64,000 nt of DNA from Octopus vulgaris (GCA_951406725.2 OX597815.1:162440001-162504000), one strand, 5' to 3'. Shown: positions 12,797-27,275, numbered from the stretch's first letter. Notes: generated from the letters alone by a model not told the origin. Numbers and translations: made by a program.

Positions 12797-15700
12797 TGAC
12801 AGGCTTCTTTCAGTTTACATCTACCAAATCCTCTCACAAGGCTTTAGTCGGCCCGAGGCTATAGTAGAAGACACTTGCCCAAGGTGCCACGCAGTGGGAC
12901 TGAACCCAGAACCATGTTGTTCGTAAGCAAGCTACTTACCACACAGCCACTCCTACGATATGTATATCAGCAGTTATTCATATTAAGAAAAAGCAAGATC
13001 AAGTACAAGATGGTTTTGCTTTCAACTGATAAGAACCATTTGACTCTGTATAATTCCTCTGTTCCCCTGCTAAGTAGTATCAACCTAAGCGATAAAGAGC
13101 AAAATGAAAACCATACTATCACTCCCCCACATTCACACATACAAAATCTGTTTTCTTTATGCAATGACATTGACAAATATAATTGCATTAAAGAATAAAG
13201 TTTTGTCTGATTGCATTCACATTGTCATCAATTATAATTTCTAAATAAAAGAAAGAAAGAAAGAAAAAACAAAGAAAGATAAAATAGTATGTTAAAGTGT
13301 CTTACACTACACTAACATTTGTATATTTGTATTTCAGTTTTGATAAAAAATAAATTGTAGCTTTTCTTTTCTTTTCTTTTTTTTTCAATTTTTTTTCTCA
13401 TTTGTCAATTTAGAAACAAACACATTCCTTGTTTGTTTTGGTACTAGAAAATGTTGAAGCAGCTCAAAGCATTAGTCTTTATTACTTAATATAACAAGCC
13501 AACAAGCATCTATTCAGATTTAATTTTTACTTTGATTTAGCTTCCTCACTACAAACTATTAATAGTTCTCCTGTTCTGATGATTCTTCCTATTTAAGTAT
13601 CAAATTTAAACAGCTGCTTATTCTCAGACAGGAATACTTTTCTTACCACATTTCCTGTCAAAATACACTGCTTTTGTTTCAATTAATTTTAAAATTAATG
13701 AAGAATTTACTAAAATTACTGTCATTATTTAGATGGTATAAAGTGGTGGAGCTGGCAGAATTATTAGCACACCGGGCAAGATGTTTAGCAGCATTTCATC
13801 CGTCTTTACATTCTGAGTTCAAATTCTACCAAGGATAACTTTGCCTTTCCTCCTTTTGGTGTTGATAAAATAATTACCAGTTGAGCACTGGGGTCAATGT
13901 AACTGACTAGTATCTTCCCCCAAAATTTCAGGCCTTGTGCCTATAGTAGAAAGGATCATTTAGGTGGTCTTCACGCTGGGCAAAATTTTGTCTGGCTTTA
14001 TGTTCTGAGTTCAAATTCCACCAAAGTCAACTTTGCCTTTCATCTTTCTGGAGTCGATAAATGAGTACCAGTTGTGTACTGGAGTTGATGTAACTGACTT
14101 ACCTCCTGCCCCGAACTTGCTGGCTTTATGTTAAAATTTGAAACCATTATTAAGATTGTGTTTGAAACAAATTAATCTGAAATTTTCAAAGAGGATTTTA
14201 ATTTAGATCACCTTAAAATGGAAAGATTGTTTGAGATCCAGGTTGGGCTCAGGCAGGTTGGTATCAAAATGAATCAAAACAGATTAGTATTTCTAGTGAT
14301 CTGTTAGTCTCCCTGGTTCATACATAAATAATCACTGAATCACTTATATCAGCCAGACTATCGGATGTTGTTATACACTACTGGCCACAATGCACTTTCA
14401 TTTCTTCCTTGATTGTACCCTTTGTTTTCCATCTTGGTCCAAAGTGTTAAACTAATTTATCTTCCCAATATTGTGAAGGCATTGTAGGTGACTTTTTCTA
14501 ACCTCCTGGATACACTTGGCAACTGTATAGGTTGTCTGTGAACATTGCAACATGTCGAGTCCAGCAAAACTTGTGATTTTGGTATTCTGTGATCTGTTCT
14601 CAAATTATCTGCCAGTTTCTTCAATAGCACTGTCCTACTAGTGCTCTTGTAAGCAAAGTGAGATGTGGGCTACTACGAAGATGGGAGAACACTGATTGGT
14701 TATGATGTAAAGGGCCATAGAAAGATCCATGGCAGGAACATAAATGATACTGTGTAGTAATTTACAAATAACAGTTTTGTTAAAAAAGTAAAGACAGAAT
14801 GTAGTAGTCAAGAGCTGAATATAGCCTCTCTTAATACCTGTAAGTTTGTGATCATGCCACTGACATGTTAATACTAATGAGCTACTTAGTGATGACCAAT
14901 GTCTGTCAGTTTTAATAATCATTTTTGCTGGTTTAGTGGACTGAAGCAACATGAAGTAAAAAGTCTTGCCCCAAAACACAGTTTACCTCTGAGTCAGGAA
15001 CTGAACCCACAATCTTATGATTGAGAGCCCAGTTGCTTAACAACTAGGTCATAAATCTTCTCATTAGCTTTGGTGATATAACCATAATAGTAATATTTGT
15101 TGCTTAGCTTACTTGAGCATAATTCTGATCAAAATCATTCAATTTATTATCAGCTTGTCTTTTTCTACACCCCAAACTATATTTTCTAGTGGCAGAGTAG
15201 AATTTGAGTAGGATTTGCTACTTCATATTTCAAGTGAGATGAATGACCATGTAGAAGCTTCCTCTTTGACTTATTGTTACACTTGTAACAACCAAGTTTT
15301 CTGATTGATGTCCTGCATTGAAAATATATTTTATATAATTTGCATTGTAGATGTATCTTTTAAAAATACTTGCAATTGTTCAATTGTTACAATGTGGTAT
15401 GTATTTATCATACAATACCACAGGAACAATTATAATATTCCTTTGTTATAATATATCATTAAATAAACTTCTACACAACTTACTGATAAGCAAAGCATTT
15501 TTGATGTAAAATTCAATGGGAAAAACATTTGCAAAATACCTTTTATATTGATTTCTTCTTGCCTAATTTCACATGATTTTTCCTGGTGTTTAACTTCAGA
15601 TCCATAGCAGTCATAAGAGCAAAAACATATTCACCGATCCATCTGGTGGTGTAAAGCACCCATGGTAGTATTACGTGAAAGCGCCTGTGCTGTGCTATAT

Positions 15701-17728
15701 AAAAACGCCCATGTGGTGCTATGTAAAAGCACCTAGCACACACTTCAAAGTGGTCGGTGTTACAAAGAGCATCCAGCCACAGAAACCATGCCAAATCAGA
15801 CTGGAGTCTGGTGCAGCTCCCCAGCTCGCCAACTCTGGTCAAAACTGTCCAACCGATGCCAGCATGGACAACAGACATTAAATGATAATGATGATGTTGA
15901 GGACTCATGACTATATAGTTCATGTAGTTTCTGTTTTTAAGAAAATGGGGTATGATCTGAGAGACTTGGCTGCTTTTTCTGGCAGAATAAGTGACTTCAT
16001 TGACCTGTACATAATTTAATGCAATAGAAAATTTAATTGTTAACCTGAAATTCTTGAGAAGTGAAAATTTTTCAGTTATTTATCAGCTTTGCAATTCTAA
16101 CAAGGACCACTGTCTGGATCCTTGAGCAAGTATTTTCTACCATAGCTTTGATTTGACAAAAGCCTAGGGAAAGAAGTTTGCTACATGGAAATTAAACTGA
16201 AAACTACTGAATGGGCTATTCCTGTTCTGGGGCGGTGGAATTAATTTGTTACTTAGTTTAACATCACCACCACCAGGCACATGGCTGTTCTATTCATTCA
16301 CTTATTTTTACATCTGTTTTTACATACTAGCATGGGTTAGACGAGTATGTTACTGAGGCATTATTTTACTGCCAGATACTCTTCCTTGTTTTTCAAGTAA
16401 GGAGCCTCTTATTTCTCACATCTTTGAAGGTTGCAAAGCCAATGGATGGTTTGTTGACAAGGAAAATGACAACAACGTCACTACTTGTAGCTTATTCATT
16501 TGTGGAGAAGTGCAAATTTAAAGAAACATACATGATGGGCTTCTTTCAGTTACCATTGGCCAAATATACTCAAAGTTTTGATTGGCCCAGGATTATAGCA
16601 GAAGACACATGCCCAAAATGCCACACAGTGTGAACCAGAAACCACGTGCTTGGCAAGCAAGCATCTTAGCCACAAAATCGTTTCCATACATTTTAATAAG
16701 CACTCAAGTTGCAAGTTCCGTACCATTTAGTAAGCACTGTTGCAAGTATTCAAGCTAAGAATCTAGCTTGAGGATAATTCACCCTTAAACATTATTTGCC
16801 TTTCTCCTCTAATTTATAACAAGTAAAAATCCTTAATTTGATAAAATAATATTACACCAGATTTCAAGAAAAATTGTCAATGCAGTATTTTGTTTTTTTC
16901 TTTTATTTTTTCTTTTGTAAACAAAGAACATTTAAGTTTGTGTAAACAAAAAATAATTACATTTTGGACACAATCAAAATTTTTTTTAATTTGAAAAGTA
17001 ATATTCTTTTGAAATTATTTTCCTTTTTCTTTTCTCTTGTTTTACATATGTGATTTTAGAAAAAAAAAAATATTTTAGAGACAGGAGAAGAGAGAAATGT
17101 TAGTTTAATGAAGACAGTTTGATATTTTCAGTTTAAAAGCACATAGTAAGTGGTCAGTAATTGCAAGATGAGAACATGTATAAGAGATGAGTGGGGTGAA
17201 AAACAATAGACAGAATAGTTCATTAGTCTTGGGTAGAATAGGAATGATGACAAAAATAATGGATTAGACTAAGTTGAGGAAAAGCCAAAGAGCTAAATGA
17301 ATGAATAGGAAAAAACAAAACATCTTAAAGGGTGAACAAAGAATAAAGAAATAATTTCGAACTGTGGAAGAAGATATGTAAGAAAAGAGATGAAAGATAG
17401 ATGGGAAGATGGAAAAATAAGAGTGAAAGGAAAAATACATTTTCTTCTTTTTATTATTAATTTCAGAAACATGTTTAGTAAAATATGTGGATTTAACAAA
17501 TAAATACTGTTCTATTATCATTTGGCATGGGCTGGGATAGGTCAAAGGTTAGATAAAATATATTTACAAAAATAGAAAAGATTTTAGTCCTTGCATCAGA
17601 GTAACACATGACAGATACAAGGTATATTTTTTTTCTACTAGTATTTGCTCTATGTGATCCAAACATGAACAGATTGTCTTCTACTTCATTTGTATTTTTC
17701 TACCCAGGCCAGGTTTTTTGTAGTAGTT

Positions 17729-17779
<51 letters not shown>

Positions 17780-19417
17780 CAGAGTTGTAGTTCAGATTAG
17801 ACTCCTGGGCATCTAAGCCTTTACTTTTTTATATAATTAAAAAAACACAGTTACTATATAGAGAGTTTGATAGTGTGACTGTTGTTACAGAACAGGATTC
17901 TACACTTTTATTATATATATGCTGAGTATTGATAACAACTTACAGAGAAATAATCAGAGCCCAGTGTATTTTGTCTTTGATATTTATTACACATGGTTTA
18001 GAAGCATGGAAGAGAAAAGAATATGCTTATATGCATCTACATATCCAGTAGTGTTTCTTTTCAACATACAAAATATTGATTTTGCATTAATATACATTAT
18101 GGGATTGACAATGAACCATAAATTAGAGGTAGATGCACTCCAAATAGACATTATGAAATTTTGTCTTCATACCTAGACAGTATCAATGTCATTTATACTT
18201 TTAGGTCAATATTTTGTCAGTGAAGCAAAATGGATCCTTAAAGTAAATACATATTTTATGTAACTAAACCAGTTTTAATTCATGGTGCTTTCATGAAATT
18301 CTATTGATTAAAAAAATTTTTTTTAACAATTAAATATGAATCTAAGGAATATTACAGATTAATTTCTCCACATCTGTATGTCCATGTGATAAGACTTCTT
18401 TATCTTCTGAGTACATAATTGATCCAGTGAAGGTGCATGGCTTAGTGGTTACGGGCATTTGGCTTATGATCATAAGGCCATGAGTTCAATTCCCAGTGAT
18501 GCACTTTGTCCTTGAGCAAGATGCTTTATTTCACATTACTCCCATCCACTTAGCTGGCAAAAATGAGTTGTACCTGTATTTCAAAGGGCCAGCCTTGGCA
18601 CACACTGTGTCACGCTGAATCTCCCTGAGAATTACGTTAAGGGTACACGTGTCTGTGGAGTGCTCAGCCACTTGCATGTTAATTTCACGAGCAGGCTGTT
18701 CTGTTGATTGGATCAATTTGAACCCTTGTCATTGTAACTGACAGAGTTCCAGTTACATAATCCATCCATTTCCTTTTCGAAAATTTAACAAAAATATTTA
18801 TACCTTCTAACCTAACCATTTTCCCTCATGAAAGTATTAGCTACGTGCCAGTGCCAACCAGTTCCCAGCATTCTCCTTCAGGAGGTAGCATAGCAAACTG
18901 AGAGAGGACTGGCTAAGAGAGATGATGAAAGATGTTGCTGAAGGAAATTGGATGGATGTAGAAGAAATTGCTCAAGACAGAAAATACGTGGTTTGAATTC
19001 ACAAGAGTCCTATGCGTCCACAGAGTACTAGAAGATTAATGATCTATACCTTGCTTTAGCATCAAGCTTTATTCATAGCTTACACTCATTGTCACAAACC
19101 ACATATTGTTGTTGCATTATAAAGTCAAATTTCAGCATCAAAAATTTTTAGTGAATTCATTAAATTCAGCTGAAAATGCAGAATACTTTGAGCAGTTGAG
19201 TCACAGTAAGCAAACACAGATATGCAACACATAAGAAATGACTAACAAATTACAATCTAATTAGGTAATGAGAGAACAGAAAATAAAATGAAAAAAAATC
19301 AACAATATTTTTGGATAAATAATTGCCTCACCTCCCGAAAACCCAAACAATTTTTTTTCACTAACATTATAGTGCAACCATGTTGGAGCACTGTCATTAG
19401 TTTATATATACATATAC

Positions 19418-19454
<37 letters not shown>

Positions 19455-19468
<14 letters not shown>

Positions 19469-19650
19469 ATAAAACAGAATCCTAATAGACTGGTATTAGT
19501 CTCTATTGACAAGATTTGTATTATTTAGTAAAACCAGGAAAAAAAGTAGTTAACTTGCTGCAGGGAGTGGAAAATCCAATGTTTCAGACAGAGTCCTTCT
19601 TCAGGCAAAAGCTGACAGAGGTGAAATTAAAGAGCGACAGCAGTATTTTA
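19455..19650 (-). mobile_element. Short Penelope-like pLTR remnant between (TA)n tracts, with a degenerate hammerhead (19576-19606)
   Basis: Minus strand reads CTGAAGA-A-GGAC-tct-GTCT-GAAA-CA-TT-GG, the same layout as 2756-2799, with CpG decay in stem III and a weak stem I. Confidence 0.5.
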
Positions 19651-19661
19651 CATATACATAT

Positions 19662-19712
<51 letters not shown>

Positions 19713-19899
19713 CATACACACACATATATATACATATATATATATACACATACACACACACAAGTACATAGATACATACATACATATACTTATATACACA
19801 TATGTCTTACACACATATATATATATGTGAAGTTACTGCATTATTTCATGTTTCTATTGATGTTTAGATTTTTCATAGATATTTAATTTAACCTGCTGG

Positions 19900-19933
<34 letters not shown>

Positions 19934-20253
19934 CAGTCATCTACCATAACAAAAGCAGATTTAAAGTGTTCATGATAGGTCACAAATAACAAACTACATG
20001 GAGTCATGCCATTACATTATGTAAGTGGGTTGGGTTTTGGAATGTTGGGGAATTTTTTTTTTAAATGTGATCAATTAATTTTAATTTGAAGGGAATAACC
20101 AGATTATATAAGAAGATTTAGAAATAATGAAAAATAAAGTACGTACACACATTCACTCTGTGTAATTTTGTATTTTTTTTTTTAATCTCATAATTCCAGT
20201 CACATACTTAGAGAGTTCGAAAGTAGCAAAAAAAAAAAAAACTTAAAGGAAAA

Positions 20254-20593
20254 TCAGTCGTTGGTTTTTTTCCTAGGTGGACGGAAAATAGTGCCAACAA
20301 TAAAAAATACTATAATAGTTATATGTCCAATAAAGTATATAGATGACCAGTAACGAACTGTGTCGTGCCAAGAAAGTAAAAGGAAGCCCATGCAATTGTA
20401 ATCAAATCCCCGCATTCGAAAAAACCAGCACACGTGGTCAAATAGTTTTTGCTTTATTGTAGGTTCTTCATCTCGAAATGCTGCTATCATAACTCTTTCA
20501 GCCATCAGGATTGGAGGTACTGTGAGGAAGCTCATGTAATATCCTGGGTCGACGCCATGCCAGTAAGCACTAACAGCCATTGTCAGAAATACC
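20254..20593 (-). CDS. MBOAT7: MBOAT7 last coding exon: (R)VFLTMAVSAYWHGVDPGYYMSFLTVPP...PPRKKTND*
   Basis: catttcag acceptor and TGA at 20254-20256. SAYWHG..PGYY.SFLT.P motif with the catalytic His of the MBOAT family. Confidence 0.96.
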
Positions 20594-22007
20594 CTGAAAT
20601 GGGGAAAAAACAAAAAATTATAATGATTAATTACAACTGTTTTCCTTATTTTGCTTGCTGGCAGAATAATTACAACATCAGACAAAAATGCTTTGTGGAA
20701 TGTTTGCCAGCTCTTTATGTTCATAGTTCAAATCCCGCTGAGGTTAGCTTTGCCTTTCATCCTTTCTTTATTAGGGTAAAGGAAGGCAACGAGCTGGCAG
20801 AATCGTTAGCATGCTGGGCAAAATGCTTAGCAGTATTTTGTCTGTCCTTATAGTCTGAGTTCAAATTCCACCAAGGTTGCCTTTGCTTTTCATCTTTTCA
20901 GTGTTGATAAATTAAGTACCAGTGAAACCCTAGGCGAATGTAATTGGTGTTCAAGAAGTGCTGACAATAGTACCAAATATTTTAGTGATTAACTTTTTTT
21001 CTTTTTCAGTTCTGGGTTCGAACCCTCATGTATTTCCATCTCTTTCAATATCAATAGAATTAGTACCAGTGATATACTGTGTGATTCAGTTCAATCAACA
21101 ATACTCTTTCCTTATAAATTTGTCAGGAGCTTATGTTAATGTATGTAACTGTTGTTATGCTTATTATTTTTATTACGTTGTTGTTGGTTAAGGTGGCGAG
21201 CTGGCAGAATTGTTAGCATGCTGGGTAAAATGGTTAGCAGCATTTCGTCCATTCTTATAGTTTGAGTTCAAATTCCACCAAGGTTGACTTTGCCTTTCAT
21301 CCTTTCGGGGGTCAATGAAATAAGTACCAGTTACGTACTGGGGTAGATGTAATTGACTAGTCCCCTTCCCTAAATTTCAGGCCTTGTGCTCATAAGCAGA
21401 AAGGCTTATGTTGTGTAGGTTTCCAGAAAACAAAGTCTGCAAAGGTTGCTTTGGTTCCTGACAGGAAAATTAGCGAGTACATCACTACTTATTTTACAAA
21501 AAGTCAAACCACATTTGATGGCATAAAAGACACATGGGCATGGTCTCTGGGAGTTTTGAAGAAGTACATGGAAGCCATGATCTTAGTGAATGAAACACTG
21601 GAAAGATTAAATCCCTGACAATAATATATCTATTCCTATTTATTCTTAATATATTCAGGAATGTTCTAATGTGAACACTTGATTGCTGTTTGCTTTTCAC
21701 CATGTTTGAATTTGCCTGAATGTGTTAAGAATGAGTCGATACATTATTCTTTGGATTCTTGCTGTTCTGTGTGCACTCCATGAATTATTAAAATTTTGGA
21801 TTTATACCTTTTACCTGTTTCGGTCATTAGACTGTGGCCATACTACGACAGTGCCTTGAAGAATTTTTAGCTGAATGAATCAGCTCCAGTACTTAACATT
21901 TTGTTAAGCTTGGTACTTACTCTATTGGTCTCTTGTTGAACTGCTAAGTTCTGGGGGCATAGGTACACCAACACCAATTGTCAAGCAGCATTGGAGGACA
22001 AACACAG

Positions 22008-22042
<35 letters not shown>

Positions 22043-22403
22043 GTGAAGGCACATGGCTGAGTGGTTAGGGTATTTGGCTCACAATTGTCACATCATGAGT
22101 TCAATTCCTGGTGATGCATTGTGTCCTTGAGCAAGACACTTAATTTCACATTGTTCCAGTCCACTCAGCTGACAAAAATAAGTAGTATTTGTATTTCAAA
22201 GGGCCAGCCATGTCACATTCTATGCCATGTTGGATCTCCCTGAGAACTATGTTAAAGGTACATGTGTCTGTGAAGTGATCAGTCACTTGCACATTAATTT
22301 CACTAGCAGGCTTTTCCATTGATCAGATCACCTGGAACCCTCATTGGTGTAACCACTGGAGTGCCAGATTGATTTAAGTATGTTTCTCCATTTTCTAATT
22401 TTG

Positions 22404-22462
<59 letters not shown>

Positions 22463-22538
22463 TACACATACATACACAAAAGGCTTCTTTCAGTTTCTGC
22501 CTACCAAATCCACTTATAAGTCTTTATGTATAACTTAC

Positions 22539-22712
22539 CTAAAAGATTTCATTGGCACTCTACGGTAGACTATATTGGCCAGCCAATACTGCACTGACTT
22601 ATTCCAGCTGCGCAATGCTTCTTTGGTGGTAGGTGCCATTTCACAACCCCAGATGTAGAGGTTATTTACAGCTTCAAAGTTATAACTAGCTGTTTTCTTT
22701 GGGAAAGATTTC
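22539..22712 (-). CDS. MBOAT7: MBOAT7 coding exon: KSFPKKTASYNFEAVNNLYIWGCEMAPTTKEALRSWNKSVQYWLANIVYRRVPMKSF(R)
   Basis: ttttag acceptor and gtaagt donor. 174 nt, phase 2 to 2. Contains the MBOAT WN..VQ.WL motif with the conserved Asn. Confidence 0.95.
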
Positions 22713-23416
22713 CTAAAATAGAATCAGAATACTTTTCGATTAATCAATAGTAATGTCAGCATTTTATCACGGGTATTTAATACGAATCAACAAATGTAGG
22801 TTGGATAACAAAGGTTAGTATTAATATAACTGATGCCAGTATTTTTAGATTTTTTGCAAACTTGCAGATGCAAGTACTACCAGCTTATGGGGTCATCAGG
22901 AGAGAATGCACACTGTTTTGGAGCCTTCTTATCAACAGCGTCATTGTGCACTGGCCCCCTCACTGAGATGAGGCCCTGCTTGCTAGATCAGCTGGTTACT
23001 AGGTTTCACTCAATCTTTTTCTAGCCATTGCATACAGGCCATTTTTAGCATCTAGTGGACTATGCCAGACTAACAGTCCACAGAGGATTACTGTTATATT
23101 TGAAGAGCCCAACATATGATATCAATGCACACAATTAAGCAACCAGAATAGTGCACTAGGTGAAGTTCTGCTTTAGGATATTTGGTTTTCCAGTTGAAGA
23201 AACACTTCAATATTGGAATTAGCATTCTTGATGAAATTATTTCATCTTTATAGCAGTGTATTTAGTCTTTCTTAAGATTTCTGACTTGGAAAATATGATT
23301 GTAATTTGAAAGACAATACAAGGTGTATTGAGGGAAATTTGGGTGTCACATTAACATGATAGAGATTATGGGGAAGCTGACTTTCTAGTCTATTTATATT
23401 GATGATTAAGGATATG

Positions 23417-23500
<84 letters not shown>
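23417..23500. repeat. (GATA)n(GA)n microsatellite in an MBOAT7 intron
   Basis: Directly visible. Confidence 0.95.
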
Positions 23501-23503
<3 letters not shown>

Positions 23504-23642
23504 AAGTGATATACTAATGCTGAATTAAGCCTATTTATTTTAAGTACAAAATCCTCAAAACTTGAAGACAAATTGGAAATTCTAGACAGAATATACTCTA
23601 TAATGTTTATTAAATAGGTAAACAGAATAATATTATACTTAC

Positions 23643-23851
23643 ACTTTATGGAGTGCTTTCAGGTCAGAAGGTCCCTGACCACATTTTGGTAAAGAGCTGG
23701 CAGGATATGCCCCATATGCTCCCATCATGCAGGAACACTCTGCTAGGATCCAGGCAATGTAGAGACGCCAGCGGAAGACACAAAATATTGGCATCATGTA
23801 GAAAAGTCGGAACCATAATGGCTTTTCATAGAAATCATCGGTTTTTACATA
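23643..23851 (-). CDS. MBOAT7: MBOAT7 coding exon: YVKTDDFYEKPLWFRLFYMMPIFCVFRWRLYIAWILAECSCMMGAYGAYPASSLPKCGQGPSDLKALHK(V)
   Basis: ttttccag acceptor and gtaagt donor. 209 nt, phase 0 to 2, translated by hand (not in the ORF track). Matches MBOAT7 'FYARPLPARLFYMIPVFFAFRMRFYVAWIAAECGC...GAYP...GGGP'. Confidence 0.95.
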
Positions 23852-25496
23852 CTGGAAAAAAAAATATATATATATATAAAATTTGACTACATTATATGTA
23901 AGGATTCTTGAATTTTTTTCCGAAAATTTCTTTATAATAGAGCTAAAAACACTAAGAAAATTTTCATGTTTTTGTCTTTGGTCATTAAGTGTTATTTCTT
24001 ATTTGCTTTGATCTAAAAATCAAAGGAATCGACAACTATTCCCTTCAAACTTTGCTTTTGTAACCTGGACATCATTGTTTTGAAACTGACCTATTTTCCC
24101 ATTACATTTCAGATTCCATTACATTTCAGACAGATTCAGAGCTGAGTTGCTGAAACAGAATCATCGTTATAGCAAATATTCTGCTCAATACCACAGGTTC
24201 ACTTGTAAGTTGCTTGACCGTAATCAGTTAAGCATGTCCCTTGGTGGATGAAAATTTGTGCATGAACAGGAGTAGTGGGAGAGCATCATAGCCATTGAGC
24301 GGGATTCTTCAGGGTCTGAATAAATGTAATAAAAGCAAAGTTTGAAGGAAATATTAACCATTTTTCCTACTTTCTAAGGGTAAGCAAATAGGAAATAACA
24401 GCTGCTACCCAAGGACAAACATTGTTCTGAAACAAGTAAATGAATAAAAGAATAATCCAGTTGATGATAAGTTAGAAGATGGGTGAGAAAACACAATGAT
24501 ATTGTGCAATGGATTCAGTTTAAAACCAGAGTATATCTCATAGTCAATGATTACACTGCATTAGTAAAGGTTATAGAACAGAGGGTGAGAGGACATAATG
24601 CTTTTGCACTGGATTCAATCTAAAATCATTCTGTCTTGTCAATGATTATACCACATTAGTAACAGTTGTAAAAAGAGTAAAAATGCCCTTCAGTCATGAA
24701 TAACCATGGGATTGCACCTAGAAAGTTAACTTCTGAGGCACAAGCCTGGGCAAGGTTGATTATGGAAGACCAGCACTTGCTCATGCATACCAGCCTCCCC
24801 TCTCCATGCCACAGATGTTATCTAAGGGAAAGGCAAGGGCTGATACAGCTTGGCATCAGTAAAATCGCAACTGATTTTTACAGTTCAGTGAACAGGAGCA
24901 ATGTGAAATAAAGAGTCTTGCTCACGAATGCAAAATACAGTCTGGTCTGGGAATCAAACTCATTACCTCATGATTGTGAGCCCAACACTCTAACCACTGG
25001 GCCATGTGTAACAGTTGTAGAACAGAGTTATAACGGTGATTATGATCTCAGGGATTCCATATGATAACAAAACCACATGAAAAGACTTTCTAATAGAGAA
25101 ATCAATGTACAAGATAGCTTTGCACTGAAGGCACAGTTTGATGTTATTACTCAAAGCAATAATCTGATTTCATGTTTTCACTACCTTTCCTAAATTCTCC
25201 TTGATTTTTTATCCCCTAGATTTTCAACTGCTGATTTAAACAGACAGTAAAAAGTTCTGCAGAAAAACTTATTAGGGTAGGAAAGGACTGTAACACCATG
25301 CCAATTAAGACAGTTCTGTAAGCTGCTTTTCTCAGAAAGTTGGTAATTAATCCCTTTGCCCAATCACTTGAAATGGTATTACTCTACCACAATGGTCCTG
25401 AACAGATCAAGTAGCACTTATGTTGCTGTGACAGAGTTGGCCTTAAGCATATCTACATGGATAGAGACAATACCTGGTATTTAGCTATTCATCATG

Positions 25497-25536
<40 letters not shown>

Positions 25537-25537
<1 letters not shown>

Positions 25538-26033
25538 AAAATGAAAATACACATTGTGTACAGGACATCACCGATGAGTAAAAAATACGTAAACACATGA
25601 GAGAAAAGTACATTTTTCTTCTACTATTTTCTTCTCTTCTAATTATTTCCATTCTCCTATTTTCTTCTCTTCTATTATTTTATTTCCTTGATAAAATTTC
25701 TCGCAGGCATTATGCATTACAATTCGTCTTGACTTAACGGCCCTTAATGTTTGTCTTCGTCGATTGTTTACTTTGCACGTCCACACTGTCCTTGTATGTT
25801 CGTTCGAAGCTCTAACTCTCCATGAATTTTATGTTTCTAAAATTTCTGGATGCTGCTGTCTGATGAAGTTCCCTATATTGTAGTTAAAAGCACGAAATAG
25901 AAGTAATGAACAGTCTGACAACTGATGAGGAGTTATCTTCTTTTGGTATTTTGTCTTGTTCTTTTCTCTCATGTTTTTATGTATTTTGCACTCATTGGTA
26001 ATGATCTGTACACAATGCATGTTTTTCATTTTA
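25537..26033. mobile_element. Penelope-like remnant with ~75-bp terminal inverted arms and a degenerate hammerhead (25856-25908, +)
   Basis: 25537-25612 is roughly the reverse complement of 25957-26033. Internal CTGATGA-A-GTTC...GCAC-GAAA-TAGAA-GTA. Flanked by (TA)n. Confidence 0.6.
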
Positions 26034-26077
26034 TTTATTCATGATTGAATGCCATGCAGCCTTGACCACAATAAGTT

Positions 26078-26125
<48 letters not shown>

Positions 26126-26734
26126 CACATATATACACACATATATATATAAATGTATGTATGTATATATATATAAACATGTATATATATACACACATAT
26201 ACATTCATATATACACACATATGTGGGTGTGTGTCTATATATGTATATATACACACATTTATATATGTATATATATATATATATAGTTATATACACATAT
26301 ATATATATAAATGTGTATGTGTGTATATATACAAAACATAGGAATGTTTCATTCAAATCTAATGCATCACAATTTTTACACGAAAGAAAAGAGATAGCAG
26401 TGAAGGTGAAGAAATACAGCAGAAGTAGAAAGCTATTCTAAAGTAATCCGAAATCGCTTATGAATGGCCACACAATGCTAATTCCAGCTTCTGAAGATTA
26501 TAGCCACTAGTTAGGTTATGCACTGAAGTAGAAAGATCTGAAATGATGTACAGTGAAAAGCAAAATATAAGCATAATTGGAGAATGGCAAAATGCGAATA
26601 AATAAAATGCTTTCTATTACATAAGCCAGCATATGTGTCGACCTCATGATTTCCAGCTGTTCTACACTTCTTAACATTCAATGTAGACATACTGTATAGA
26701 TAATTCAAGTTTCTGAAATTCTTTCAGAAGGCTG

Positions 26735-26822
26735 CCACATACATACACACACATACATAGATGTACATACACATATATGTACATAAATATATATATACAT
26801 ACATATAAATATATATACACAC

Positions 26823-26878
<56 letters not shown>

Positions 26879-26996
26879 GCATATATATATACATACATAT
26901 ATATATACATACATATATATATACATACATATATATACATATATATATATACATATATATATATACACATATATATATATACATATATATATATAC

Positions 26997-27041
<45 letters not shown>

Positions 27042-27150
27042 CACACATATATATATATACATATATATATACATATAAACATATACACACACATACATAC
27101 ATACATATTATAGCCAACAACCTACTGGCAACAACATGGTGTATGTATGT

Positions 27151-27191
<41 letters not shown>

Positions 27192-27241
27192 GATAAGAAA
27201 AGAAATGGAGTAACAATAAATCATAATTTTTTATATATATC

Positions 27242-27275
<34 letters not shown>

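Noticed and set aside
19060-20100. MBOAT7 poly(A) signal (ATTAAA near 20080, AATAAA near 19070 on the minus strand)
   Set aside because: Such hexamers are too frequent in this AT-rich DNA to assign without transcript data.
20254-20275. C-terminal RKKTND as an ER-retrieval signal
   Set aside because: The lysines are at -5 and -4, not the canonical -3/-4 or -3/-5 positions.
20594-20724. N-terminal extension of ORF 20254-20724
   Set aside because: It lies upstream of the splice acceptor at 20594 and is intronic, SINE-derived sequence.
26490-26556. CTGAAGA...GAAATGATGTA as another hammerhead (similarly 27486-27510)
   Set aside because: No convincing stem II or stem I pairing.
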